NCBI GenBank assembly: GCA_903921135.1
Contig: CAIXOY010000245.1
Location: 1 to 43,950 of the forward strand
Reading direction: 5' to 3'
Length of the DNA stretch: 43,950 nt
DNA from: an uncultured Gammaproteobacteria bacterium
Lineage (GTDB): Bacteria; Pseudomonadota; Gammaproteobacteria; Pseudomonadales; UBA5518
The first letter of the stretch is position 1. Each line of letters starts with the position of its first letter. Shown piece by piece: positions 16,614-27,006 of the stretch. Both the position numbers and the translations under genes were made by a program. The notes below the pieces were generated by a model, which ran no database searches, was not told the origin of the DNA, and was given only the letters and a program-made list of their open reading frames with translations.

Positions 16614-17798
16614 ATGAGCGGCAACAGTTTTCTGGGCGGGCGCACTGCGATCGCCGGTATCGGGGCTACCGAGTTCTCCAAGAACTCGGGGCGCAGTGAA
16701 ATCCAGTTGGGGGTCGAGGCCATCAGTGCCGCGCTCGCGGATGCGGGCCTTGGCATCGATGAAGTCGATGGCATGGCCACCTACACCATGGACAACAACC
16801 CCGAGATCGAGCTCTACCGGCTCCTGGGCGGCAAGGAGCTGAAGTTCTTCTCCCGCACCCACTACGGCGGAGGTGCGGCATGCGGGCCAGTCCTCCACGC
16901 GGCGATGGCTGTGGCGACGGGCGTTTGCAAGGCGGTGGTGGTGTACCGGGCGATGAACGAGCGCTCGGGCTTCCGTTTCGGCCAGGGCGGTCTGATCACT
17001 CAGGATCCCAACTCCTTCGAGACGGTGCATTTCGGGTGGTACATGCCGTTCGGGCTCTCGACGCCCGCCTCTTGGGTGGCGATGTGTGCTCGCCGGTATC
17101 TTCATGCCTACGGTGCGAGCACCGACGATTTCGGCCGGGTGTCGGTGTCTACCCGGGACTTTGCCGCGACCAACCCGGCAGCGTTCTTCTACCAGAAGCC
17201 CATCACGCTCGACGATCACCGCAACTCGCGCTGGATCGCAGAGCCACTGCGTCTGCTTGATTGCTGCCAGGAGAGCGATGGCGCGGTTGCCCTGGTCATT
17301 ACCTCGACAGACCGTGCCCGTGATCTGCGCCAGAAGCCAGTAGTGATACGCGGTGCTGCCCAGGGCGCGGCTGGTGATTTCCAGATGATGACGGGCTTCT
17401 ACAAGCCGGATCTCACCGGCATACCCGAGATGGGGCTGGTTGCGCGGCAGCTCTATTCCATGGCCGGTGTTGGCCCGGCAGACATCCAGACTGCGGTGCT
17501 GTACGACCACTTCACCCCATTCGTCCTGCCCCAACTCGAGGAGTTCGGTTTCTGCGGTCGCGGCGAGGCGAAGGACTTCATTCGGGATGGCCATATCGCC
17601 CGTGGAGGTCGTTTGCCGGTCAACACGCATGGCGGGCAGATCGGTGAGGCGTATATCCATGGCCTGAACGGCGTTGCCGAGGGCGCGCGGCAAGTCCGAG
17701 GGTCGGCAGTGAACCAGGTCGCCGGCGTGGAGCACGCTCTGGTCACGGCTGGAACCGGTGTTCCCACCAGTGGCCTCATCCTCGGGGTCGATCAGTAA
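16614..17798 (+). CDS. Thiolase-fold lipid-transfer protein (SCP-x/Ltp2-like, probable retro-aldolase or thiolase; 394 aa)
   Basis: TAIAGIGATEFSKNSGRSEIQLGVEAISAALADAGL..., NTHGGQIGEAYIHGLNGVAEGARQVRG are typical of DUF35-associated thiolase-like proteins. GGAGAG lies upstream of the ATG. Confidence 0.85.
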   Translation: MSGNSFLGGRTAIAGIGATEFSKNSGRSEIQLGVEAISAALADAGLGIDEVDGMATYTMDNNPEIELYRLLGGKELKFFSRTHYGGGAACGPVLHAAMAVATGVCKAVVVYRAMNERSGFRFGQGGLITQDPNSFETVHFGWYMPFGLSTPASWVAMCARRYLHAYGASTDDFGRVSVSTRDFAATNPAAFFYQKPITLDDHRNSRWIAEPLRLLDCCQESDGAVALVITSTDRARDLRQKPVVIRGAAQGAAGDFQMMTGFYKPDLTGIPEMGLVARQLYSMAGVGPADIQTAVLYDHFTPFVLPQLEEFGFCGRGEAKDFIRDGHIARGGRLPVNTHGGQIGEAYIHGLNGVAEGARQVRGSAVNQVAGVEHALVTAGTGVPTSGLILGVDQ

Positions 17799-17852
17799 CG
17801 GTCTGTGCCGTGCGCCTGGTGCAGCGCAGCCGTGAATTTGCCGCCAACGCAG

Positions 17853-17890
17853 AGGGCCCCCGCGATCCGATAGGGGCCCTTTGCTAGTAT
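17853..17890 (+). terminator. Candidate intrinsic terminator after the catabolic operon
   Basis: Perfect 8-bp stem AGGGCCCC (17853-17860) / GGGGCCCT (17873-17880), followed by a moderately T-rich TTGCTAGTATT. Confidence 0.45.
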
Positions 17891-17927
17891 TGCGAGCAAG
17901 TCCCACTCCCTGCCGTGACGCTTTTTC

Positions 17928-18854
17928 ATGCGACTGCCCAATTTTGTCTCCCTGCTTGTGCTGCTTGGCCTTTCGGTTCCGGTTTCGGCGCTGACGTTGA
18001 ACCTGCCTCCCCCCGGAGAAGACGTTGTCGGTGAGAGCTACACCGTCAAAATCCAGCGCTATGAAGACACACTCAACCGCTATGCGGAGGTGTATGGCGT
18101 TGGCTTCAGGGAGTTGCTGTCCGCCAATCCGGGGATCAACCCCTGGGTCCCGGGCGAAGGACGCGAGGTTCTGATTCCCACCGAGTACATTCTCCCCCCG
18201 GGTGAGCGCAAAGGCATCGTCATCAACCTCGCAGAGATGCGGATGTTCTACTACCCGGAGGGCAGCAACACGGTTGTCACCTTCCCCATCGGCATCGGTC
18301 GTGAGGGCTGGCAGACGCCACTTGTCAGTACCACCGTGACCAAGATCGTCAAAGACCCCACATGGACGCCGCCTGCTTCGATCAGGGCGGAGCACGCCGC
18401 GATGGGCGACCCCCTTCCCGCGTCTGTACCCCCGGGGCCGGATAATCCCCTTGGCCCGTGGGCTCTCAGGCTGGCCGCACCAGGGTACCTCATTCATGGC
18501 AGCAACAAGGAACTGGGCGTTGGCATGCGTGTCAGTCACGGTTGCATGCGGATGTACAACAACAATGTCGCCGAGCTTGCCGCTATGGTGCCTGTCGGCA
18601 CCCCTGTGAGGATCGTCAATACGCCAGTGAAAGTTGGCTGGAAGGGCGGATCAATGTACGTGGAGGTCCACGAGGCCCTCGAAGAGCAGAGATCGATCCA
18701 CGTCTCGGAGGAAGTTGTGGCTGACGCGATTCACATCGCCAACCGCATCGCACCCGCACCGATCCAGATCGACTGGGTTCAGGCCAAGTCTGCGGCCGTG
18801 AAGCGCTCCGGACTTCCCATAAAGGTGTCCGGCGATCAGATCGCGACACGCTGA
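17928..18854 (+). CDS. L,D-transpeptidase (YkuD/ErfK family) with N-terminal LysM-like segment
   Basis: Signal peptide. YTVKIQRYEDTLNRYAEVYGVGFRELLSANPGI (LysM-like). Catalytic LIHGSNKELGVGMRVSHGCMRM motif. Confidence 0.9.
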   Translation: MRLPNFVSLLVLLGLSVPVSALTLNLPPPGEDVVGESYTVKIQRYEDTLNRYAEVYGVGFRELLSANPGINPWVPGEGREVLIPTEYILPPGERKGIVINLAEMRMFYYPEGSNTVVTFPIGIGREGWQTPLVSTTVTKIVKDPTWTPPASIRAEHAAMGDPLPASVPPGPDNPLGPWALRLAAPGYLIHGSNKELGVGMRVSHGCMRMYNNNVAELAAMVPVGTPVRIVNTPVKVGWKGGSMYVEVHEALEEQRSIHVSEEVVADAIHIANRIAPAPIQIDWVQAKSAAVKRSGLPIKVSGDQIATR

Positions 18855-18901
18855 CCTTCCGCGAGCGCCCGCAGACGTCTACAGCACCTAAACGACAGGC
18901 A

Positions 18902-18932
18902 TAAAAAAACGCCCACCCTTGCGGGGTGGGCG
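18902..18932. terminator. Bidirectional intrinsic terminator between convergent ldt and lpp-like genes (strong on the minus strand)
   Basis: AAAAAAA-CGCCCACCC-TTGC-GGGGTGGGCG. Read on the minus strand, the hairpin is followed by a T7 run. Confidence 0.65.
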
Positions 18933-18975
18933 TTTCATGTGTCTCGTCAGAGGTCGGCTTGACCGACCAGACGAA

Positions 18976-19242
18976 TCACTTGCGGCAGCACTTCTCAGCC
19001 ATGCGGCTGACAGCTTCTACTGCGTCGTTGGCAGCTTTCTGGGCTTCTGCAGCTGCGGAAGCAGCCGAGTCAGCCGTCGACTGCGCGCGGTTGGCAGCGG
19101 CGAGTGCATCGTTGGCGGTCTTCTCGACGGTGCCGACGCGAGCGTCGAGAGCGTCGAGACGAGCGTTGCTGTTGCAGCCGCTCAGCAGGGTTACGGCCAG
19201 AGCAGCGGAAAGAAGGGCGGCCTTCTTGGACATGGTGCGCAT
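18976..19242 (-). CDS. lpp: Braun/OprI-type major outer-membrane lipoprotein (88 aa precursor)
   Basis: Lipobox LLSG-C. Ala-rich heptad coiled coil. C-terminal ...RMAEKCCRK ends in Arg-Lys as in Lpp (YRK) and OprI (SRK). GAGGAG lies 6 nt upstream of ATG 19242. Confidence 0.85.
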   Translation of the reverse strand: MRTMSKKAALLSAALAVTLLSGCNSNARLDALDARVGTVEKTANDALAAANRAQSTADSAASAAAEAQKAANDAVEAVSRMAEKCCRK

Positions 19243-19686
19243 CGTTGTCTCCTCAGATCAGTCATGCGGACGGGACAAAACAGCCCGAATTTTGGCACAT
19301 CCCGCCCATGAGTCAATCAATCGGCGCAACGGATTTCGTGGCATATGCACTAATTCCCGTGAGCAAGGGCGAGTGCGGTCGGTATCCACTCTGACTTCCG
19401 ACTCCCGCTTCACCCCCGCGTGGGGTGATTGCTGCGCTCCTGTCTCGTTGCCCATGCTGAGCAATTTTCAGAATTCCGACCCGAATGGGTCAATTCCGCG
19501 CGTGGTCATAGCCGCCGGACACCAAAGAACCCATGCGGAGATGCCAAGCATCGGAGACCATTTCCGTGATGCCGGGCCTGCGTGCGGCTTTCCCACGGAT
19601 CGGGAACGCAAGCAGGTTCGGCATCACTGAGATCTTCGGAGAGCGGTCCTTGCCGGGTCACGCTCGTTTACGTAGAACTCATTGAA

Positions 19687-19718
19687 CGCCCCTTGCGCAA
19701 GCCAGGGGCGTTTTTTTT
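19687..19718 (+). terminator. Orphan plus-strand intrinsic terminator
   Basis: CGCCCCT (19687-19693) / AGGGGCG (19704-19710) stem followed by T8 (19711-19718). No plus-strand CDS lies upstream of it. Confidence 0.65.
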
Positions 19719-19721
19719 GAT

Positions 19722-19808
19722 TGGTGCGGGTGGTCGGAATCGAACCGACACTCTGTCACCAGAACTGGATTTTGAGTCCAGCGCGTCTACCAGTTCCGCC
19801 ACACCCGC
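19722..19808 (-). tRNA. tRNA-Leu (anticodon CAA), 87 nt with long variable arm and encoded CCA
   Basis: The reverse complement reads GCGGGTGTGGCGGAACTGGTAGACGCGCTGGACTCAAAATCCAGTTCTGGTGACAGAGTGTCGGTTCGATTCCGACCACCCGCACCA. Acceptor stem GCGGGTG/CACCCGC, anticodon loop CTCAAAA, T-arm GTCGG-TTCGATT-CCGAC. Closely resembles E. coli leuX. Confidence 0.92.
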
Positions 19809-19841
19809 CGGTCAGCAGCTTCCCTCGGCTGAGGGTGCCGC

Positions 19842-19876
19842 ATTATAGCCACCATGCTCCGGGCAACAAGCGCGAT
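19842..19876 (-). promoter_or_regulatory. Candidate sigma70 promoter for tRNA-Leu
   Basis: The minus strand reads TTGTTG-N16-TATAAT. The -10 element ends about 33 nt upstream of the mature tRNA 5' end. Confidence 0.45.
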
Positions 19877-19934
19877 TGCCAGACAAGAGCCTCGCCTATA
19901 GGATCCCGCCCCCTGTCGAGGCTGCATTTGCCGC

Positions 19935-22162
<2,228 letters not shown>

Positions 22163-22181
22163 ACACCCGGGAGGGTTAGCA

Positions 22182-22709
22182 ATGATCTACTCGCTGGAGG
22201 GACGCTCCCCCGCGCTCGCGAAGGGGTGTTTCGTGGCACCGAATGCTGCTGTCATCGGGGACGTCGTGCTGGGCGAGAACGCGAGCGTGTGGTTTTCGGT
22301 CACCGTCCGGGCCGACAAGGAGCGTATCGAGATCGGTGCCGGCAGCAATGTGCAGGACGGCGCCGTGCTGCACGCCGATCCGGGGTTTCCCTTGCTCATC
22401 GGTCCGCGGGTGACCGTCGGGCATCTGGCCATGCTGCACGGTTGCACGGTAGGAGAGGGCAGCCTTATCGGCATCAATGCGGTGGCGCTGAACGGTGCAG
22501 TCATCGGTGCCGGCTGCCTCATCGCTGCCAATGCACTGGTGACCGAGGGCATGCAGGTGCCCGACGGAGCGGTGGTGATGGGATCTCCCGGCAAGGTGGT
22601 GCGTACCATGGAGCCGGAGCGACGCAGGCAACTCGAGGCCAACGCCGCGGTGTATACAGACAACGCCCGTCGCTTCCGTGCCGGGCTCATCCCTCTGGAG
22701 CAGCCCTGA
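22182..22709 (+). CDS. Gamma-class carbonic anhydrase / left-handed beta-helix (YrdA/PaaY-like) protein
   Basis: [29 protein letters not shown]...[16 protein letters not shown]...[14 protein letters not shown] hexapeptide repeats with the His triad pattern. Start trimmed to ATG 22182. Confidence 0.85.
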   Translation: MIYSLEGRSPALAKGCFVAPNAAVIGDVVLGENASVWFSVTVRADKERIEIGAGSNVQDGAVLHADPGFPLLIGPRVTVGHLAMLHGCTVGEGSLIGINAVALNGAVIGAGCLIAANALVTEGMQVPDGAVVMGSPGKVVRTMEPERRRQLEANAAVYTDNARRFRAGLIPLEQP

Positions 22710-22710
22710 G

Positions 22711-22896
22711 ATGTCCGCCGTCACCTCACCTTGCGTCAATATCTGCGCGCTGGACGAGCAGGACATATGCGTGGGCTGTTACCGCAGCGCCGCCGAGATC
22801 ACGGCATGGACCAGCCTTGGCGAGGAGGGAAAGAGAGAGGTCGTGCGCCGTGCCGAGAAACGCTACCGGGAGGCTTGGAGCACCCCCTCGTCCTGA
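22711..22896 (+). CDS. DUF1289-type small Cys-rich protein (61 aa)
   Basis: SPCVNICALDEQDICVGCYRSAAEITAW is the characteristic CxxC-containing motif. ATG lies 1 nt after the upstream stop. Confidence 0.7.
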   Translation: MSAVTSPCVNICALDEQDICVGCYRSAAEITAWTSLGEEGKREVVRRAEKRYREAWSTPSS

Positions 22897-22902
22897 TTAC
22901 GT

Positions 22903-24168
22903 TCAGTCTGCCGTCCCGTGTCTGCGAGCACGCGCGCGGGAAATCATCCGCCCGCGCAGCTGCACGATTTCCAGTTCGTATTCGCCGATACGGATGCCTA
23001 CATTGGCTTCCGGGATCGTCTGCAGGTGCTCGAGCATGAGTCCGTTAAGCGTCCGCGCGCCTTCGCTGGGGAGATCCCATTGCAGGAACCGGTTGATGTC
23101 CCGGATCGAGGCGCCGGCGTCGATCAGGAAGCTGCCATCGCTCTCCCGGACGATTTCCGAGTTCTCGTCGTCAATCCCGGAAGTGAACTCGCCTACGATT
23201 TCCTCGAGGATGTCCTCGAGCGTCACGAGACCAAGGACACTTCCGTACTCGTCCACCACTATGCCGAATCTGCGCTTCAGCTTCTGGAAGTTCAGCAATT
23301 GCAGGTTCAGCGCAGTTCCTTCGGGGATGTAGTAGGGCTCGTCAGCGGCGCGCTGGATGGCTTCCCGGTCGATGCTGCCGTCAGGTTGCAGGAACTGCCC
23401 CAGCGTACGCAGGTGCAGGACGCCCGAGATGTTCGAGATGTCTTCCCGGTACACCGCCACCCGCGAGTGGGGCGAGCCCTGCAAACGGGCGAGCAATGCG
23501 GCATCGTCGTCGTCCAGATCGATGCCCCAGATTTCCTGGCGCGGCACCATGATGTCGTCCACGGTGACCTCTTCCAGGTCGAGTATGTTCAGCAACATCC
23601 GCTTGTGGCGCGGCGGGATCATCGGCCCCGATTCGTTCACCACGGTGCGGAGTTCTTCGGAACTGAGCGCGTCCTCGGGGCGGCGGTCCGTATCCACACC
23701 CAACCCGCGCAGCAGCGCGTTGGATATCGAGCTCATGAGCCACACGGCCGGCCCCAGCAGCTTCATCAGGAAATTCAGCACGTAAGCGGCCGGAAAAGCG
23801 ATGCGCTCAGGGTGAAGGGCAGCCAGTGTTTTCGGTGTGATTTCAGAGAACACGAGGATCACCACCGTCAGTACGGCCGTGGCAATAGCGATCCCCGCAT
23901 CACCGAAAAGCCGGATGGCGATGACCGTGCCCAGCGCGGATGCCAGGATGTTCACCGCGTTGTTGCCGATCAGGATCAGGCCTAACAGGCGATCCGGCCT
24001 GTCGAGCAGTTTGAGCGCGAGCTTCGCGCCGCGATTGCGCTTGCGCAGGTGCTTCAGGCGGTACCGGTTGAGGGACATCAGCCCGGTTTCGGAGCCCGAA
24101 AAAAAGGCCGACATGAGGAGGCAGGCCACGAGGATGCCGAGCTGCATTTCCAGCGAAGAATCGTTCAA
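22903..24168 (-). CDS. CNNM/HlyC/CorC-family transporter (DUF21 + CBS pair + CorC_HlyC)
   Basis: FFSGSETGLMSLNRYRL (DUF21). CBS-pair region VDDIMVPRQEI...; C-terminal ...LEHLQTIPE...GEYELEIVQ. Confidence 0.9.
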   Translation of the reverse strand: MNDSSLEMQLGILVACLLMSAFFSGSETGLMSLNRYRLKHLRKRNRGAKLALKLLDRPDRLLGLILIGNNAVNILASALGTVIAIRLFGDAGIAIATAVLTVVILVFSEITPKTLAALHPERIAFPAAYVLNFLMKLLGPAVWLMSSISNALLRGLGVDTDRRPEDALSSEELRTVVNESGPMIPPRHKRMLLNILDLEEVTVDDIMVPRQEIWGIDLDDDDAALLARLQGSPHSRVAVYREDISNISGVLHLRTLGQFLQPDGSIDREAIQRAADEPYYIPEGTALNLQLLNFQKLKRRFGIVVDEYGSVLGLVTLEDILEEIVGEFTSGIDDENSEIVRESDGSFLIDAGASIRDINRFLQWDLPSEGARTLNGLMLEHLQTIPEANVGIRIGEYELEIVQLRGRMISRARARRHGTAD

Positions 24169-24237
24169 GCGCGCGAAGGCCTGGGGGAGGAGTCCGGATG
24201 GTGCCGGTATTGACGTCGGGTCGCAAGAACCACGGGC

Positions 24238-25095
24238 TCAATAGACGCGGTGCAGCAACACCTGGATGACGAACTTGCTGCCGAAGTACGCGAGTATGAG
24301 CAGCCCAAAACCCGACAGCGTCCATTTGATGGCGGTGGTGCCCCGCCATCCGAGGCGATGACGGCCCCACAGCAGCGTGCCGAACACCATCCAGGCCAGG
24401 ATGGAGAGGATCGTCTTGTGCGCGAGGTGTTGGGCGAAGATGTCTTCAAGGAAGACTGCGCCGGTCGAGATCGCCAGTCCCAGCAACACCTCCCCGGTCC
24501 AGATCAGCCGGAACAAGAGGCTTTCCATGGTGGCGAGTGAGGGCATCAGATCGACCACACCCCCGAGGCGCCGGTGCTTGAGCCTGCTGATCAGCAGGCC
24601 GAGGGCTGCGGCTTGCAGCGCCGCGATGCTGAGAATGCTGTAGGCCAGGATCGACAGCAGGATATGCGTTGCCAGGCCCCACCCGAAGGCAGTACGCGGT
24701 GTGCCCGGCGTGCTCAGGAACAGCGATGTCAGCAGCGCCACCACGGTGATCGGGTAGAGCACCAGCAGGAGGTTTTCCATCGGCATCCTGAAGCTCGCCG
24801 CCCAGGCGAGAAGCGCGATCGCCCAGAGGAACAGCGACGCCGCGTTGAACAGGCCCAAGTCGAGCCCTGATGCAGTGAAGACGTGCGGAGCAAGGCTCGC
24901 GATGTGCAGGACCAGAGCGGGAGCCGCCAAGCCCATGGACAGTCGCAACATCCGGGAGCGCCTTGCGCTCTCGTGAAGCCCTATCAGTTGGGTCGCGAGA
25001 CTGGCGAGGTAAAAGAGGCAGGCCGCCAGGCCGGGGATGAGGCTCATCATGTGAGTGGGATGCCGAGAACGGCGCGTGACGGCCGATGCCTGCAT
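24238..25095 (-). CDS. Cytochrome c assembly (CcsA/YpjD-like) inner-membrane protein
   Basis: Polytopic membrane protein placed between the CorC-family gene and divergent ffh, as in many gammaproteobacteria. An alternative start at ATG 25050 (MMSLIPG...) is equally plausible. Confidence 0.75.
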   Translation of the reverse strand: MQASAVTRRSRHPTHMMSLIPGLAACLFYLASLATQLIGLHESARRSRMLRLSMGLAAPALVLHIASLAPHVFTASGLDLGLFNAASLFLWAIALLAWAASFRMPMENLLLVLYPITVVALLTSLFLSTPGTPRTAFGWGLATHILLSILAYSILSIAALQAAALGLLISRLKHRRLGGVVDLMPSLATMESLLFRLIWTGEVLLGLAISTGAVFLEDIFAQHLAHKTILSILAWMVFGTLLWGRHRLGWRGTTAIKWTLSGFGLLILAYFGSKFVIQVLLHRVY

Positions 25096-25228
25096 TCTAG
25101 CCCCGGCTTGTCGCAGCCGTCACCCCGTGCCGGTGCAGCTGCTGCCGGTTCGCTGCCGTGGCGGGTATACTCGGCCGCGTTCAACTTCCGGCCCGTTGAA
25201 GGGGCCGGACCCAGCACGGAATCCCCGC

Positions 25229-26602
25229 ATGTTCGACCAGCTGACGGAAAGGCTCTCCGATACCCTGCGCCGCGTCGCCGGCAAGGCGACGCTGAGCGAC
25301 GACAACATCCAGGAAACGCTTCGCGAGGTGCGTCAGGCCCTGCTCGAGGCCGACGTGGCGCTGCCGGTCGTCAAGGATTTCATCGAGCAGGTGCGCCAGC
25401 GCGCCATCGGGCAGGAGGTGATGAAGAGCCTGAGCCCGGGCCAGGCCTTCCTTAAGATTGTTCATGAGCGCCTAGTGGCAGCGATGGGGGATGCCAACGA
25501 GGGGCTTGACCTCGCTGCGCAGACGCCCGCGGTCATCCTGATGGCCGGCCTCCAGGGCAGCGGCAAGACCACCAGCGCTGCCAAGCTCGCGCGGATGCTG
25601 AAAGACCGGGGGCGCAAGGCCCTGCTGGTCAGCGCCGACGTCTATCGCCCGGCAGCCATACGCCAGTTGGAAACGCTGGCGGAGTCGATCGGCGTAGGCT
25701 TCCTCCCCAGCAGCGAGACGCAGCGTCCCATCGATATCGCGCGTGAGGCACTGCAGGCAGCACGCGTCAAATTTGCCGATGTGCTTATCGTCGATACCGC
25801 CGGTCGCCTCGCCATCGATCAGGAGATGATGGCGGAGATCCGTGAGTTGCACGGCTTCCTGAACCCCGTTGAAACGCTCTTCGTCGTCGATGCCATGAGC
25901 GGGCAGGACGCGGCCCAGACCGCCCGGGCCTTCAACGAGGCCATCCCGCTGACGGGCGTCATCCTCTCGAAGGCCGATGCCGACTCGCGCGGTGGCGCGG
26001 CGCTCTCGGTGCGTGCCGTCACGGGCAAACCCATCAAGTTCCTGGGCGTGGGCGAGAAGACCGACGCTCTCGAGCCTTTCCACCCGGACCGCGTGGCTTC
26101 GCGGATTCTGGGGATGGGCGACATCCTCTCGCTGATCGAAGAAGCCGAGCGCAAACTCGACCGCGACAAGGCCGAGAAGCTGGCCAAAAAGATCCGCAAG
26201 GGCGGCAAGGGCTTCGATCTCGAGGATTTCCGCGACCAGCTCCAGCAGATGCGTAGCATGGGCGGCATATCCGCGATGCTGGACAAATTGCCGGGCATGG
26301 GTGGCCTTGCGCAGGCCGCTCAGGCTCGCGTCGACACGAAGATGTTCGTGCGCATGGAGGCCATCATCAACTCGATGACGCCCAGAGAACGACGCGATCC
26401 CGACATGCTGAACGGTTCCCGCAAGCGCCGTATCACCGAGGGCTCGGGCACTAGCATCCAGGACCTCAACCGCCTGCTGAAGCAGTTCAAGCAGATGCAG
26501 AAGATGATGAAGAAGATGGGCAACAAGGGCGCGATGCAGAACATGATGCGCGGCCTTGGCGGCATGATGCCCCCGGGAGCGGGCTTTCCTCCGAGGCGGT
26601 GA
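25229..26602 (+). CDS. ffh: Signal recognition particle protein
   Basis: MFDQLTERLSDTLRRVAGKATLSDDNIQETLREVRQALLEADVALPVV, GLQGSGKTTSAAKLA, DTAGRL, Met-rich C-terminal M domain. Start trimmed to ATG 25229. Confidence 0.95.
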   Translation: MFDQLTERLSDTLRRVAGKATLSDDNIQETLREVRQALLEADVALPVVKDFIEQVRQRAIGQEVMKSLSPGQAFLKIVHERLVAAMGDANEGLDLAAQTPAVILMAGLQGSGKTTSAAKLARMLKDRGRKALLVSADVYRPAAIRQLETLAESIGVGFLPSSETQRPIDIAREALQAARVKFADVLIVDTAGRLAIDQEMMAEIRELHGFLNPVETLFVVDAMSGQDAAQTARAFNEAIPLTGVILSKADADSRGGAALSVRAVTGKPIKFLGVGEKTDALEPFHPDRVASRILGMGDILSLIEEAERKLDRDKAEKLAKKIRKGGKGFDLEDFRDQLQQMRSMGGISAMLDKLPGMGGLAQAAQARVDTKMFVRMEAIINSMTPRERRDPDMLNGSRKRRITEGSGTSIQDLNRLLKQFKQMQKMMKKMGNKGAMQNMMRGLGGMMPPGAGFPPRR

Positions 26603-26743
26603 AAATTCCACAAGCAGAGCGAGGTTGAGGGTTCCGGGCGCAAACCCTTTCCCGTACAATCCCGCGCCTTTGCAGGCCCGGCCGGACTGCGCCGGGATGT
26701 GCCCGGAGACGAGTCGGGCCGCTCTACCTCAGGACCTCCAGGC

Positions 26744-27001
26744 ATGCTGACGATCAGACTCTCCCGGGTTGGCGCGAAAAAGCGTCCGTTCTACCAGCTC
26801 ACGGTAACCGACAGCCGCAGCGCCCGTGATGGCCGCTTCATCGAGCGCGTCGGTTTCTTCAACCCCATCGCGTCCGGCAAGGAAGAGCGCATGCGCCTTG
26901 ACCTCGCCCGCATCGATTACTGGGTAGGCCACGGCGCCCAGCTCTCTGATCGGGTCGCCAAACTCGTCAGCGACAGCCGCAAGGCGCCCGTCGCGGCCTG
27001 A
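26744..27001 (+). CDS. rpsP: 30S ribosomal protein S16
   Basis: [41 protein letters not shown]. Confidence 0.95.
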   Translation: MLTIRLSRVGAKKRPFYQLTVTDSRSARDGRFIERVGFFNPIASGKEERMRLDLARIDYWVGHGAQLSDRVAKLVSDSRKAPVAA

Positions 27002-27006
27002 GCAGG

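Noticed and set aside
16566-18539. 657-aa minus-strand ORF
   Set aside because: Antisense to the Ltp-like gene and the L,D-transpeptidase gene, both of which have strong motifs on the plus strand.
18926-19630. 234-aa plus-strand ORF across the lpp region
   Set aside because: Antisense to the well-supported lpp/oprI-like gene. The remainder falls in low-GC non-coding sequence.
19400-19690. Possible 6S RNA (ssrS): the ...GGCATCACTGAGATCTTCGGAGAG stretch loosely recalls the E. coli 6S RNA terminal-stem sequences
   Set aside because: I could not find the long 5'/3' closing helix with a central bubble. The usual zapA/ygfA genomic context is absent, and 6S RNA normally lacks an intrinsic terminator. 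It is kept only as an unclassified candidate sRNA.
19722-19808. tRNA-Leu as an integration site for a genomic island
   Set aside because: There is no integrase, no direct repeat of the tRNA 3' end and no phage or mobile genes on either side. The neighbours (lpp/ldt, queA-tgt) are core genes.
26603-26743. ffh terminator and rpsP promoter (AGGGTT...AACCCT stem; TACAAT box)
   Set aside because: The stem is only 6 bp with no real T-tract. No acceptable -35 element lies at 16-18 bp from TACAAT. This is too weak to report as a feature.
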